From an uncultured Nitrososphaeraceae archaeon (GTDB taxonomy: Archaea; Thermoproteota; Nitrososphaeria; Nitrososphaerales; Nitrososphaeraceae), in NCBI GenBank assembly GCA_963779615.1, contig CAVZZA010000004.1, forward strand, positions 32,001 to 96,000: a stretch of DNA of 64,000 bases. The letters are read 5' to 3'. Positions within the stretch are counted from its first letter, which is position 1. The number at the start of each line of letters is the position of its first letter. Of the stretch, positions 1 through 9,862 are shown in pieces. The position numbers and the translations under genes were made by a program. Under the pieces are notes generated by a model. The model was not told the DNA's origin, ran no database searches, and worked only from the letters and a program-made list of their open reading frames with translations.

Positions 1-111
1 GTCCCTGCTTATGTCTGATTCTGGTTGCATGAATATAAAAAGTGCTGCAAGCATTTACTTTACCTATAAACTAAAAAGAATATAAATTATTACGTTCTAT
101 ACAAAATAAAC

Positions 112-255
112 ATGTGGGGAATTACGATTTACCTTATGCGTTTGGCAGATCATTTACAAATACGAAAAGATAAACGAACATGCAGAATTTGTAATTACGT
201 GGCCAAAAATGAAAACGCTATCAATGAACATATGCAAAAAGAACACCGAGTTTGA
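112..255 (+). CDS. C2H2 zinc-finger microprotein (47 aa; alternative ATG at 136)
   Basis: Hand-translated, absent from the ORF track: MWGITIYLMRLADHLQIRKDKRTCRICNYVAKNENAINEHMQKEHRV*, with a C-x2-C-x12-H-x4-H motif. Confidence 0.7.
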   Translation: MWGITIYLMRLADHLQIRKDKRTCRICNYVAKNENAINEHMQKEHRV

Positions 256-1256
256 TGCCCTTAATTTGTCGGGGGTCAAGGGAATAGCCAAGTTAATTAA
301 ATTTTGATCCATTTCTACACTAATGCATAACTAATCATTTTGAATTGGTTGGTGTCTCATATTGGTATCTAATAGGTTGGGTGGCTGGTTTTTTTTATTT
401 CAGCAATTCCAGTTGGACCACTATTCCTTTTTAGCATATTTGAAGCTTTTATCATTGTCACATGCATGTTGTGATCCAAAAACATATCATTTTCCCATCA
501 CCTTATTGTTTATTTTATAGTATCTTTTACCACTCCTGAAATACTTTACAGTCATTATTTTCACAGTACTGTCATTGCCTCGCTAATTTCGCATATTTGG
601 ATATCCTTAAGTCTACTGGCCGTCATTTGTAACATTGATAATAAACCACCTGGCTATTGCGGCTTTGCAAAGATCTTCCAACTTAGTTTGCCAGATGTGT
701 CAATTTGTTTATTTTTTTGTTGACCTGTGGAAGGCAAGAGGATGATTTGGAACATCATTTCAATAGGTTTTGATAATCCCTACTTCCCCTTTTTGCCTAT
801 GCTGTAGTTGGAATTTATTGTGAATGACCAATTACTAAATGGATGGACCTGAATACCCGTACTATAAATCATCTTCTTAATTTTCAATCCCTTTAGCAAA
901 ATCCATATGCCATAATTCTTTGTATCATAGGTAGGGAGAATTTTACTCCACCAAAAAAAGATTAGGTACAGAATGCCTCCATATGTAAAAAGATGCTTGG
1001 TATAATAAAACCTGAATGAATATTCATGCGACAAATCACCTCTGTTCAATTTGGCACCTTTAACAAATTACGAATTTCTCTTCATCAATGCTTTATCTTC
1101 AATCCCTTGATTATGGGTTAAAAATGTAATTCAGGTCTCTATTTGCCTACCTTTAATGATGAAAATAAAGCGGGATAACAGGATGACCCCTGCCTGTCTT
1201 CAAAATAATGAAATGTATTGTATTTGTGTTTTTGAAGTAAATTTCTTTTGTATTTA

Positions 1257-1532
1257 TTAAATTGCCTGTAATTTAGAGTTTCTTGATGAAGGAATAAGCA
1301 ACTCTTCTATCTCGCTATTCATTTTCAAGAAAGTCATACCTTTCTCAGTTGTTTTATATATTGGAGATCCCTCTAAATATTCTATTAGATCATTTTCTAT
1401 TAGAACTGAAAGATATTCTCTTAATTGGTTATAGCTTAAAAAAGCCTTGTACATGATTTTTGTCTTAGTTGTCCCACCGTTAGCTGCCTCAAGTATCATT
1501 GCTACTATTTCGGTTCTGCTTCTGTATTTCAT
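1257..1532 (-). CDS. Winged-helix transcriptional regulator (ArnR1-like/HTH_45 type)
   Basis: RSRTEIVAMILE...TKTKIMYKAFLSYNQLREYL...YKTTEKG matches this archaeal wHTH family. Confidence 0.9.
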   Translation of the reverse strand: MKYRSRTEIVAMILEAANGGTTKTKIMYKAFLSYNQLREYLSVLIENDLIEYLEGSPIYKTTEKGMTFLKMNSEIEELLIPSSRNSKLQAI

Positions 1533-1844
1533 TATAAGGTATTAATGCATTTCGAAGTATTTAAGTATCGTTATCGAATCATGCTGTACCATAAAATGTA
1601 AAATGCCCGTCAAGCCTTAATCCATAGCATGAACTAAAGGTTGTATTACATATTTAAAGGGAAGAAGGCAAATGGTTATCGTTGATTTTCCATTTTGATG
1701 TATTGAGATGCAAAGATCACAATCAGTTTATCCAGAATTCCATTATATCTAATTTTCAACTATTAATGTAATTTAGAACATTGCCAGCGTTACAAATTAT
1801 CAAGCAAGTGTATTTTCAAACTATCTATTTTTATAAATTATGTA

Positions 1845-2087
1845 TCAATAATTTAGGTCGTACTTAATAATTTTGTGCCATCTTGGTACAAACCATTTCA
1901 AACAAGTGTAAAGAAAGTAATTAAAGCCTAAAGCCATAACAGAAGCCTGCCATAGCCAAGTAATGTACTGTTCATTGCTTAGCCCAACCAAGAATAACAA
2001 CCAAGGTGTAAGGCAAACAACCGTCACTAAATGAATGAAAGCTGTCTGACCAAGATAGTCAAAGATTTTCTTTTTAATATCATCCAT
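1845..2087 (-). CDS. Small membrane protein (2 TM), unknown function
   Basis: 80-aa ATG ORF with two hydrophobic segments. Confidence 0.6.
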   Translation of the reverse strand: MDDIKKKIFDYLGQTAFIHLVTVVCLTPWLLFLVGLSNEQYITWLWQASVMALGFNYFLYTCLKWFVPRWHKIIKYDLNY

Positions 2088-2556
2088 AGTTATATTTCTG
2101 TATAATATTCATTTAATATCTTATTTTAAAATTATTATGTTGTGTTTTACAAATTAATGGATTTTTAGTTAACTTTCATCTCGTGTTTGTTACAGGTATG
2201 ATATAGGATTTGTTAAAACGTGACAATGGTTTTGCCTGGCTACCTTAAGCCGCCTGCCAATTCTTTTGTATCTTGGAAATCTTATGATTGAAATGCACAT
2301 TCGCAACAGAATTTGCCTCACCTTAATCCTCAATCCTTTTTTTTGGTCGGTGGCTTAATAATTAATGTAGTCAGTAAGGGTTGGAAAGTGGTTAGAGTTC
2401 AACTCAAAATATATTTACAGAAACACCCTATAGAAACATGTAATTAAAAACTCTAACTGATACTTTTAATAGCTTTAGGAAACCATATTTTCAAGGGATA
2501 AAAATTCATCATTTGTAAAGTGAAAAATTTAAATAATTAAGTATTATAAGAAAATT

Positions 2557-2945
2557 ATGAAATACATTACTGTATTACTACTATCGGTATTTTTAATACC
2601 CCTAACACAAACTGCTTATTCACAATCTATCATCGATCAGATCGGTGGAGCACTAGGCAATGCAACATCCGGTGCAGGCCAGGCATTAAGCAATGCAACA
2701 TCCGGTGCAGGCCGAGAGCATCAAGCAATGCAACATCCGGTGCAGGCGAAGCATCAAGCAATGCAACATCCGGTGCAGGCGAAGCATCAAGCAATGCAAC
2801 ATCCGGTGCCTCCAGTGCTATGAATAACACCGCAGAGAGCGGCGGCCAGGCAGCAAACAATGCAAGTGGTGCAGCACAGGGTGGATTAAATGAAGTAACA
2901 AAAACTATTGGTGATGTGATAGGAAAAATAATACCAAATAAATAA
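2557..2945 (+). CDS. Secreted Ala/Ser/Gly-rich repeat protein, frameshifted (+2) inside the repeat
   Basis: N-terminal signal peptide. Removing 2 extra nt in repeat unit 2 gives ...NATSGAGEASS repeats...NNTAESGGQAANNASGAAQGGLNEVTKTIGDVIGKIIPNK* (stop 2943-2945). Confidence 0.75.
2657..2809 (+). repeat. 33-bp coding tandem repeat, 5 copies
   Basis: Core gcaatgcaacatccggtgc starts at 2657, 2690, 2725, 2758 and 2791 (spacings 33, 35, 33, 33). Confidence 0.95.
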
Positions 2946-3494
2946 CCATACAGCAAATAATCATTTTATTGAGTATAATTAAGTAATGCATACGCATTAC
3001 TTTAATTTGAAATTATTCATCCATATCCAGATATTTAATTAATACTTGCTAATTTAGCAATTATCTGAAATAACGGTAGTATGCTGCTTCTTTTTATAAT
3101 GTACTTGTCCTGAATTAATGCAATTTATCCTATTCCGAAAGGGTATGGATGTGCAAAATTTTCTTTCACTTATTCTCAAATCTGGGCGCATTTTTTTTAC
3201 TTGACATTTGCCTGATAACCCAACTCAGTTTCAGCGTCTAATTGTCTCCATCTATTTATCACTGTTTAAGTCAAGTTATGTATCGATCCCTTCTTTGATA
3301 CTCCATATTAATTTTATAGGGGCATGGCATAACATATGCCTTTAAAATGAGATTATGATGAATTATTTTTAAATTTAGAATGCAAAGACTATAAAAATTA
3401 CATTAAACTATACATATACATTAATATAATACAATATGATAAACTCTTCATTAAATTACGGCTATCATTCACCAAAATATTTGGATATAGTAGG

Positions 3495-5183
3495 TTGACC
3501 ATCGATAAGAGCAGACAGCATGCTGAATCAATGGCAAATCCCCTTGCCCAGCCTTCTCCCTGGTGGAGTGAATTGTATCAAAGAATCAAATTGTTTCCTT
3601 GGTGGATTAGGTATAATGTAGGTTTGACAGAGGAATCTGACCTTAAGGATAAGATAATTGACCTTGCATCCGAGATGAATTTGGACAAGAGTTGGACAAA
3701 AAAGATAGTGAGGCACGCTATTTCAGAATTCTCAAAGAAGGGCCTTGGGCTTGATTATTATGGATACCACAACATAGACCATGAACTTGAAGCAACATAT
3801 TTTGCGTTGCTTTCAGCCTACGGCCACATCAGGCAAAACAGTGAAGTTAACGGCCTTTTCAATAACGAAGGTGTAAAATATCTTTTTCTTTCAGCCCTTT
3901 TTCATGATTATGATCCAGCAAAACAGTTCGATAAACCAAACGAAGAATCTGTGGAATGGTTTCTAAGAAGCGATCCGGAAATAAGGAAATTTATTGATTT
4001 GGTGGGACTTGACATTAATGTTATAATTGCTGTCATATACAGAACTGCCTATCCTTTTAAAGGTCCAATAGCTGAAAATGCGACAAAACGAATACATGAG
4101 CTACTGTCACTTAAAAGTCGGGTCACAGGTGATAACACCAACGAGGTTAGTGATGATTCAAAAAGAATAGAACATTATCAGCGACTTGGTTGGTTTTTAT
4201 CTGTATGCGAACGTATGGCTGGATACGCCCTGGGAGACTTTGAGCACGCAAACAAACTAGCTAGAAGTAACGCACATGCATTAGGATGGCATCCATCTGT
4301 GATAAATGAGGAGTCTGTAAAATATTTTGATGCTCTAAAACAGGAGGGCGAGATGTTGCAATTTGTACTGAAGGGAATACCAGACAATCTGAGAAAGAAT
4401 TATTTTGACAACATCGAAGCTTTTGAAAGTCTGTATGAAGAAGAGAAGGAAATAAGGACTTTGACGGCAAGAAAAGAAATTGGCTTTGAATGCAGGGTAG
4501 AAAAAATTGGAAATGGCAATGATGAAGACAGAATATCCGGTCTTGACCCTGAAGTAAGAGGTTGCGTTCTTAATATTTATAACAAGCTGCCAATCCCACT
4601 AAAGCGAGGGGAACGACATTTTTTCAAGTCTCTTTCCAGTCAGGATACAATTCTAATCACCCTTCGAATAAAAAAAGAGACAAAGCCAAATCAGGAAATT
4701 AATGGAAACAATAAGGAACATGAGTCAAAAAGCACTGTTAACCCAGCAGTAAAAGAAGGGGAAGGAAATGGGGAAGAAAACTGCGGTAATGCTCATAAAA
4801 ATGAGGCCATTGTTGGCTACGTGAAGGGAGGACCTTTGGAAAAATATGGACTCAGAAGGGGAACACTTGATGAAAATTTTGGTAAAAAAAATACTGCTTA
4901 CATGGAGTGGATATGTATAAAGCCAGGATACTGGGGGTCCGCTGGTGGCCACCTTCTTCGAATGAACTTTCTGATGGAAGCAAAGGAGAGGGGTTATAGC
5001 TTTCTAACAGGATATGTGCATCGTAATGTAATATCCACAAGAAAAAGCAAAGGGGAGATAATACAAATAGTGCAGAAATACGATCCAGATAAACTAGATT
5101 ACTATAGGATTGATTTGAGTAAAATATCAATCACCGATACCCTAGAAGAAGATTCGGAGTTTGCAACTGCAGTTTACCCCTAA
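3495..5183 (+). CDS. HD-superfamily phosphohydrolase fused to a C-terminal GNAT-like acetyltransferase domain
   Basis: YHNIDH...LFHDYD HD motifs; C-terminal IVGYV...AYMEWICIKPGYWGSAGGHLLR...EAKERGY resembles GNAT motif A. Confidence 0.75.
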   Translation: MTIDKSRQHAESMANPLAQPSPWWSELYQRIKLFPWWIRYNVGLTEESDLKDKIIDLASEMNLDKSWTKKIVRHAISEFSKKGLGLDYYGYHNIDHELEATYFALLSAYGHIRQNSEVNGLFNNEGVKYLFLSALFHDYDPAKQFDKPNEESVEWFLRSDPEIRKFIDLVGLDINVIIAVIYRTAYPFKGPIAENATKRIHELLSLKSRVTGDNTNEVSDDSKRIEHYQRLGWFLSVCERMAGYALGDFEHANKLARSNAHALGWHPSVINEESVKYFDALKQEGEMLQFVLKGIPDNLRKNYFDNIEAFESLYEEEKEIRTLTARKEIGFECRVEKIGNGNDEDRISGLDPEVRGCVLNIYNKLPIPLKRGERHFFKSLSSQDTILITLRIKKETKPNQEINGNNKEHESKSTVNPAVKEGEGNGEENCGNAHKNEAIVGYVKGGPLEKYGLRRGTLDENFGKKNTAYMEWICIKPGYWGSAGGHLLRMNFLMEAKERGYSFLTGYVHRNVISTRKSKGEIIQIVQKYDPDKLDYYRIDLSKISITDTLEEDSEFATAVYP

Positions 5184-5511
5184 ATTCGATATTTCATATC
5201 GATTGACAAAAGATTTTTTCATAAATAATTATTGGTGTCAATAACTATTGTAGTAATATGCAGTATTCTGTATTTCTATGATACTAGCATCCTAAACTTT
5301 CCTGAACCGGGAATTTATTTGGATTTGATTCTAGTTTAATTTTTTTTATATAAAGTAGAATCTATAACAAGGCTTGAAGTAATTGGTTAGTTATAGTAAC
5401 GAGATGGAGGTGGCGATTTGGACGGCTAAACCATATTGTTGTCAAAACATTGGTATGATCTGAAATAAACCAAACGCGATTGCTGGATGAAAAGCCACTT
5501 GAATTGCTTGT

Positions 5512-5673
5512 CTATTCCTTCCAATATATCCTATTGATTGATCCACACATTTCGCACTTTACACTACTTGGTATGGTGTTTCTATCTGGATATTTGGATG
5601 TTTTTCTATGAGTGTCGTTGGGTGGAAAGGCATTGTACGACTCACCGCACTTTTGGCAGGCAAAATGTCCCAT
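5512..5673 (-). CDS. Zn-ribbon microprotein (53 aa)
   Basis: Hand-translated: MGHFACQKCGESYNAFPPNDTHRKTSKYPDRNTIPSSVKCEMCGSINRIYWKE*; two CxxC motifs; paralogue at 60726. Confidence 0.8.
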   Translation of the reverse strand: MGHFACQKCGESYNAFPPNDTHRKTSKYPDRNTIPSSVKCEMCGSINRIYWKE

Positions 5674-6517
5674 TGTTTTAAGTGATTTGATTTAATATGT
5701 AAATGTTTATCTGCTCTTTTTAATTTTGTGTTATTTTAAGGATTGGTGGCCTATTAAGGAAAATCTGTCTTCTGTTGTTTGTGCATTGTTATGCAAAACA
5801 ACTGATATTATTCTAGTGGGCCCTCCCTTCAATTTATGGGTATTCTGGAGTGGATTGTGATTGGCTGTTACATTGCTCATTTGGTTCACTTTTTTTGCAT
5901 AAGCATTTTAATGGGGGGAAATGGGGGAAAACAAATAATTATGCCGCTTTAACCTTAGTCTCACTCGTTTTCAATACTCAGGGTCTCTAAACCTTAGTAG
6001 GCCAAATTCCAATTATTCTTCTAATGACTCTACACCGGAGAATTTATGCTGTGGAATAATCAAAAAACCCGGTACATTGGCATAAGTGGCAGTGGTGATC
6101 GTTGTTTTGTCCTGCAATGAATTTGTGTAACAACTTTAAATGGCCGCATTTTCTGCAGACATGGTAATTGCTAGAATTCATAACTTCAGTTCTTCTTGTT
6201 TCTTTATTGTCTTGCTAATTAATAAACCGTTTCTTTTAGCTATTTTGCAGGTTTAACATTAAGCATGGGCAAATCATACACAGTTTTACCATCATTACAT
6301 AACACAAGGAAAAATCCCTGGAAACATTAATTATTACTATCCCTAAATGATGTGATAGGGTATTTCTGAAGGTATCATTTACATGTTATACAATTCTTTA
6401 AAAACATCTGGTTCACCGGTATTGAGGTTTGCATTGGATTATCAGTTTGCATTAGTTTGTTTTTACAATGGTGTTTGCATATCATTGTAAATTATGCTTT
6501 AACCAAAGTTGTTGTAT

Positions 6518-6664
6518 TTAATCGATCTTTTGAATCTTTAAAAGTTTTTCACAACTAGGACAACTTAGGCCTAAAAACTTGAACAGTAAATCGCCGTCTT
6601 CAAACTCTTCCGTTTTCAGTAGACCAAGATCAATAACTTCACTACAATAAGGACATTTTGCCAT
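6518..6664 (-). CDS. CPxC-type Zn-finger microprotein (48 aa), downstream of the EboC-like gene
   Basis: MAKCPYCSE...SCPSCEKLL; ATG at 6664 preferred over the longer overlapping ORF start. Confidence 0.7.
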   Translation of the reverse strand: MAKCPYCSEVIDLGLLKTEEFEDGDLLFKFLGLSCPSCEKLLKIQKID

Positions 6665-6720
6665 ATTTATTATGAAATTGAGGTTCATCGTATTTAAAAC
6701 TAATGCTGTTTGTTGGTGAT

Positions 6721-7665
6721 TCAGGTCATTCTTACCTTTTTTCCGATAGCCATACACGGAATTATCATGCTTAATGATACTAATCCCATATAAAGTCCGC
6801 TAGAGCCTGCAATAAAACTTGCGTCAAGGGGTATCAGCAAAACAAGCATGCTTTTGACCAAAAACTGTATATCCACATGCCCATAGTTTTTCTTGCTTGC
6901 TTTTTTAAAAAAAATCATAGTACTTGAAGCCAGAAACAAAGCAGAAAAAGTTAAAAATAAAAACTTGTTAGGCAAAAATAAGGCGCCTAAAAAGGTCAAT
7001 ATAACAAACAAAAACAAATAATTTCTATAAATTTTCTTTAACTCTAGTGACTTGTTAAATTGTTTGTTTTCTACTTCAGTTTCTCTTTTACTCAATAGCG
7101 TTAATGTGAATACATGGATAAAAATTGCAGCGGTTAATATTAACAAGTTGATGAATGCATTGTAAACAAGACTAGTATCGGTACCATAATTTGGGATTTT
7201 TAAAAATTCAAAATTAGGGGATGCCCCATAAACAATATTTAGTGAACGGATGCCCCCCATAAAAAAAGGTCTCAGGAAGCCATTTTTGAATTTGAAATTG
7301 TACAACAGTATCATGACAACAAGAGAGATGGCTATCATTGTAGAGGTAAAGGTCAACAATAACGTCAAAAGTATGCCCGCCCCAAAAAAAAGGATTGACA
7401 GGGAAATTGCTATGGATTCCTTTATTTTTCCTGATGAAAGAGGCCTGTTTGGCCTTTCTATTTTATCTTTGTTTATGTCAAAAAGATCATTGGTAACCAT
7501 TCCCCCAACATAGAGAAAAATGGATGAAAATACAAGGAACGTTATGCTGTGATAACTTACTATGTCAATGTCAAATAGAGAAGCAACAAAGTAGCCTGCA
7601 AGGATATCTGAGGGAACGGTAAATATATTGGAGATGCGGAATAATTGAAGATAATGCTTTAACAA
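6721..7665 (-). CDS. eboC: UbiA-family prenyltransferase, EboC-like
   Basis: RISNIFTVPSDILAGY N-terminus, YVGGMVTNDLFD...DKIERPNRPL motif, MGGIRSLN, LIPLDA; multi-TM. Confidence 0.8.
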   Translation of the reverse strand: MLKHYLQLFRISNIFTVPSDILAGYFVASLFDIDIVSYHSITFLVFSSIFLYVGGMVTNDLFDINKDKIERPNRPLSSGKIKESIAISLSILFFGAGILLTLLLTFTSTMIAISLVVMILLYNFKFKNGFLRPFFMGGIRSLNIVYGASPNFEFLKIPNYGTDTSLVYNAFINLLILTAAIFIHVFTLTLLSKRETEVENKQFNKSLELKKIYRNYLFLFVILTFLGALFLPNKFLFLTFSALFLASSTMIFFKKASKKNYGHVDIQFLVKSMLVLLIPLDASFIAGSSGLYMGLVSLSMIIPCMAIGKKVRMT

Positions 7666-7689
7666 TTTATGTTAGTAACCTTAACACGA

Positions 7690-8514
7690 TCATGTTAAAA
7701 TTTCATTCAAATATTCAAGTGACTTTATAGCAGCCTCTGAGGGTTTGTCCTTGTATGGATACAGTTCAACCGTTACAAATCCGTCAAACCCTATATCGCT
7801 GATTGAACCTAGAATTTTTTTAAAGTCTATGGAGCCCAATCCTGGAATGAGGTGGTCGTGTATTCTATTGCTTATGTCTGCCAAATGAAAATGGTGGATA
7901 TAGTCTGCCAATTTAAATATCAATTGGGATGGGTCTTCATCGACACAAACAAAATGGCCGATATCAAAATTTATACCCATATAATTTGAATCAAAATTGC
8001 TTATAAATTGTAAAAACTCATTGGAATTCTCTAGCAGCAGACCAGGTTCTGGTTCAACAAGAATTTTTACTTTTTCTTCTTCCGCGATGGGTAGAACTTC
8101 ATTAATGCCATCTATAAACATCTTCAAGTACCCTTCCCTATTGAGGGATCTGTCAATTGGACCTCCAGGTTCGACTGAAATATTTTTGGCACCTAATTGA
8201 TTGGCCAATTTCAAACAATTAATTGTGTGTTCTATTCGTATTTTTCTATAACTAGAGTTATCCTCAATCCACGAAGGATGGTATGTATCGCCTACCCCAA
8301 AGAGTGTGAAGGCATTGAGGTTTGAAATTTCAATATTGTTCCTCGCTAGGTCATCCTTTATTTCATTTATCCTATAGCTATTCAAAGGCAATGGATACGC
8401 GTGGGGAACATCACACAAAATTTCTATTCCTTTGTAGCCAGTTTTGGATATCTCAACAATTGATTCTGTAAGCGAATAATTTGTGTATGCATTAGAGCTA
8501 AAGGCAAATTTCAT
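7690..8514 (-). CDS. Sugar-phosphate isomerase/epimerase (xylose-isomerase-like TIM barrel)
   Basis: EPEPG, DIGH, HFHLAD, HLIPGLGSIDF and VELY metal-binding motifs. Confidence 0.9.
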   Translation of the reverse strand: MKFAFSSNAYTNYSLTESIVEISKTGYKGIEILCDVPHAYPLPLNSYRINEIKDDLARNNIEISNLNAFTLFGVGDTYHPSWIEDNSSYRKIRIEHTINCLKLANQLGAKNISVEPGGPIDRSLNREGYLKMFIDGINEVLPIAEEEKVKILVEPEPGLLLENSNEFLQFISNFDSNYMGINFDIGHFVCVDEDPSQLIFKLADYIHHFHLADISNRIHDHLIPGLGSIDFKKILGSISDIGFDGFVTVELYPYKDKPSEAAIKSLEYLNEILT

Positions 8515-8588
8515 AAAAAATTTTTGTTTTTTTTATTTAAATAGTTATGCAATTTTTTTATTTGATAGGATCATGTCACAGGTAAAAA

Positions 8589-9395
8589 CTATGGTGCCCA
8601 TGTAAATTTTTCAGATTGTTTGTAAAAGTCGTACGCATTGAAAAAGGTCACCCTGTCTATATCTTCTCTTTTGCAATTATTTTTCCTCATTTCCCTTGCG
8701 GTTAGGGGAACGCTGAGTGGATTGGATATTCCCCAATCAGCAGCGCTATTGACCATTATCTTATCACTTCCATGCTTATTCACGATGTCAATAACCCTCT
8801 CAGGCGATAATTTTGTATGGGGGTATACCGATAGACCGGCCCAAGCCCCTAACTCCAGGGTTTTCTGTATCGTTTCTTCGGTATTGTGGTCAATTAAAAT
8901 TTTTCTAAAATCATAGTTATTTTCATTGAAAATTCTTTCCATCCTATCCATTGCGCCAGGTTTGTTAAGGTGAGGTAAATGAATCATTGTCAAAAGGTTG
9001 TTCTTTCTGCACATCTCTAACTGTTTCACAAAAATCTCCTCTTCCAAATCATTAATCAAATTATAACCTATTTCACCTACAGCAACCACTCTCTCTCTAT
9101 TCAAAAATCCCTTCTCCAGCGCATCAAATGCCTCCAATGCTAGAGGCCTCATCATCGATTCTTTGGGATTGACTGATACGCACACAAAATGGTCTATTCC
9201 AAAGCCCTCTGCCCTTGTGGTTTCATACGAGATAATGTGTTCCCAATAATCAATAAAGGTTCCCACGCTTGTCCTGGGAGCTCCCAGCCAAAAAGAAGGC
9301 TGAACTATAACTTCAATTCCCGATACAGACATTTTTTCATAATCATCGGTAGTTCTTGAATACATGTGGATATGAGGATCGAAAAATCTAGTCAT
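8589..9395 (-). CDS. eboB: TatD-family hydrolase, EboB-like
   Basis: FDPHIHMYSRTTDDYE, FWLG, NPKE, GEIG, IDHN and NSAADWG are typical of the EboB subfamily. Confidence 0.85.
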   Translation of the reverse strand: MTRFFDPHIHMYSRTTDDYEKMSVSGIEVIVQPSFWLGAPRTSVGTFIDYWEHIISYETTRAEGFGIDHFVCVSVNPKESMMRPLALEAFDALEKGFLNRERVVAVGEIGYNLINDLEEEIFVKQLEMCRKNNLLTMIHLPHLNKPGAMDRMERIFNENNYDFRKILIDHNTEETIQKTLELGAWAGLSVYPHTKLSPERVIDIVNKHGSDKIMVNSAADWGISNPLSVPLTAREMRKNNCKREDIDRVTFFNAYDFYKQSEKFTWAP

Positions 9396-9862
9396 TACAT
9401 GATAAAAATAAATAATATATTTAATGTTTGATGTAAACGGCTCTTGGCTTTAGGAAAGTATGCAGCCTGAGTATGTCCTATTTCCTTTGAACTCTGGAAA
9501 GGAAAAACCCATCTACAGAGAATTTTGGTTAAGGCTTTAAATTTATTTTCTTTGCTGGTCTGTCCCTGTAAAAACCACAAAAGCGTATTTTTTTGCAAAT
9601 AGTTGGAAAAAAGGTAATGATTCCGTTTGGACGCGGGCATAACAATAGCACAGTTCAAAAACCGGAAAAAAAACTAGTATGTAACATTGAAGCGGCCATA
9701 GGCAAAATACCCTACTTTCCTTCCACCGAAGAAATGCGTCCCATTAGGAAAAAAATAGACAATATTAATATAATGTGTTATAACTAAATTGTTAGCTATG
9801 ATTTTGATTATCCATATATATTTGAGGACAACGCATACACAACTAACAATATAGTTATAAAA

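Noticed and set aside
330-1100. ORF 780-1049 and a possible decayed TnpB
   Set aside because: Only faint fragments (RQKG.., ASNMLKR) with no RuvC or Zn-finger motifs recoverable; not supportable.
2657-2809. Possible CRISPR array
   Set aside because: The inter-core segments are near-identical rather than unique spacers, the period is a multiple of 3 within a signal-peptide ORF, and no cas genes are present.
2630-2956. Minus-strand 108-aa ORF with PAPDVALLDAS repeats
   Set aside because: Antisense shadow of the secreted repeat gene.
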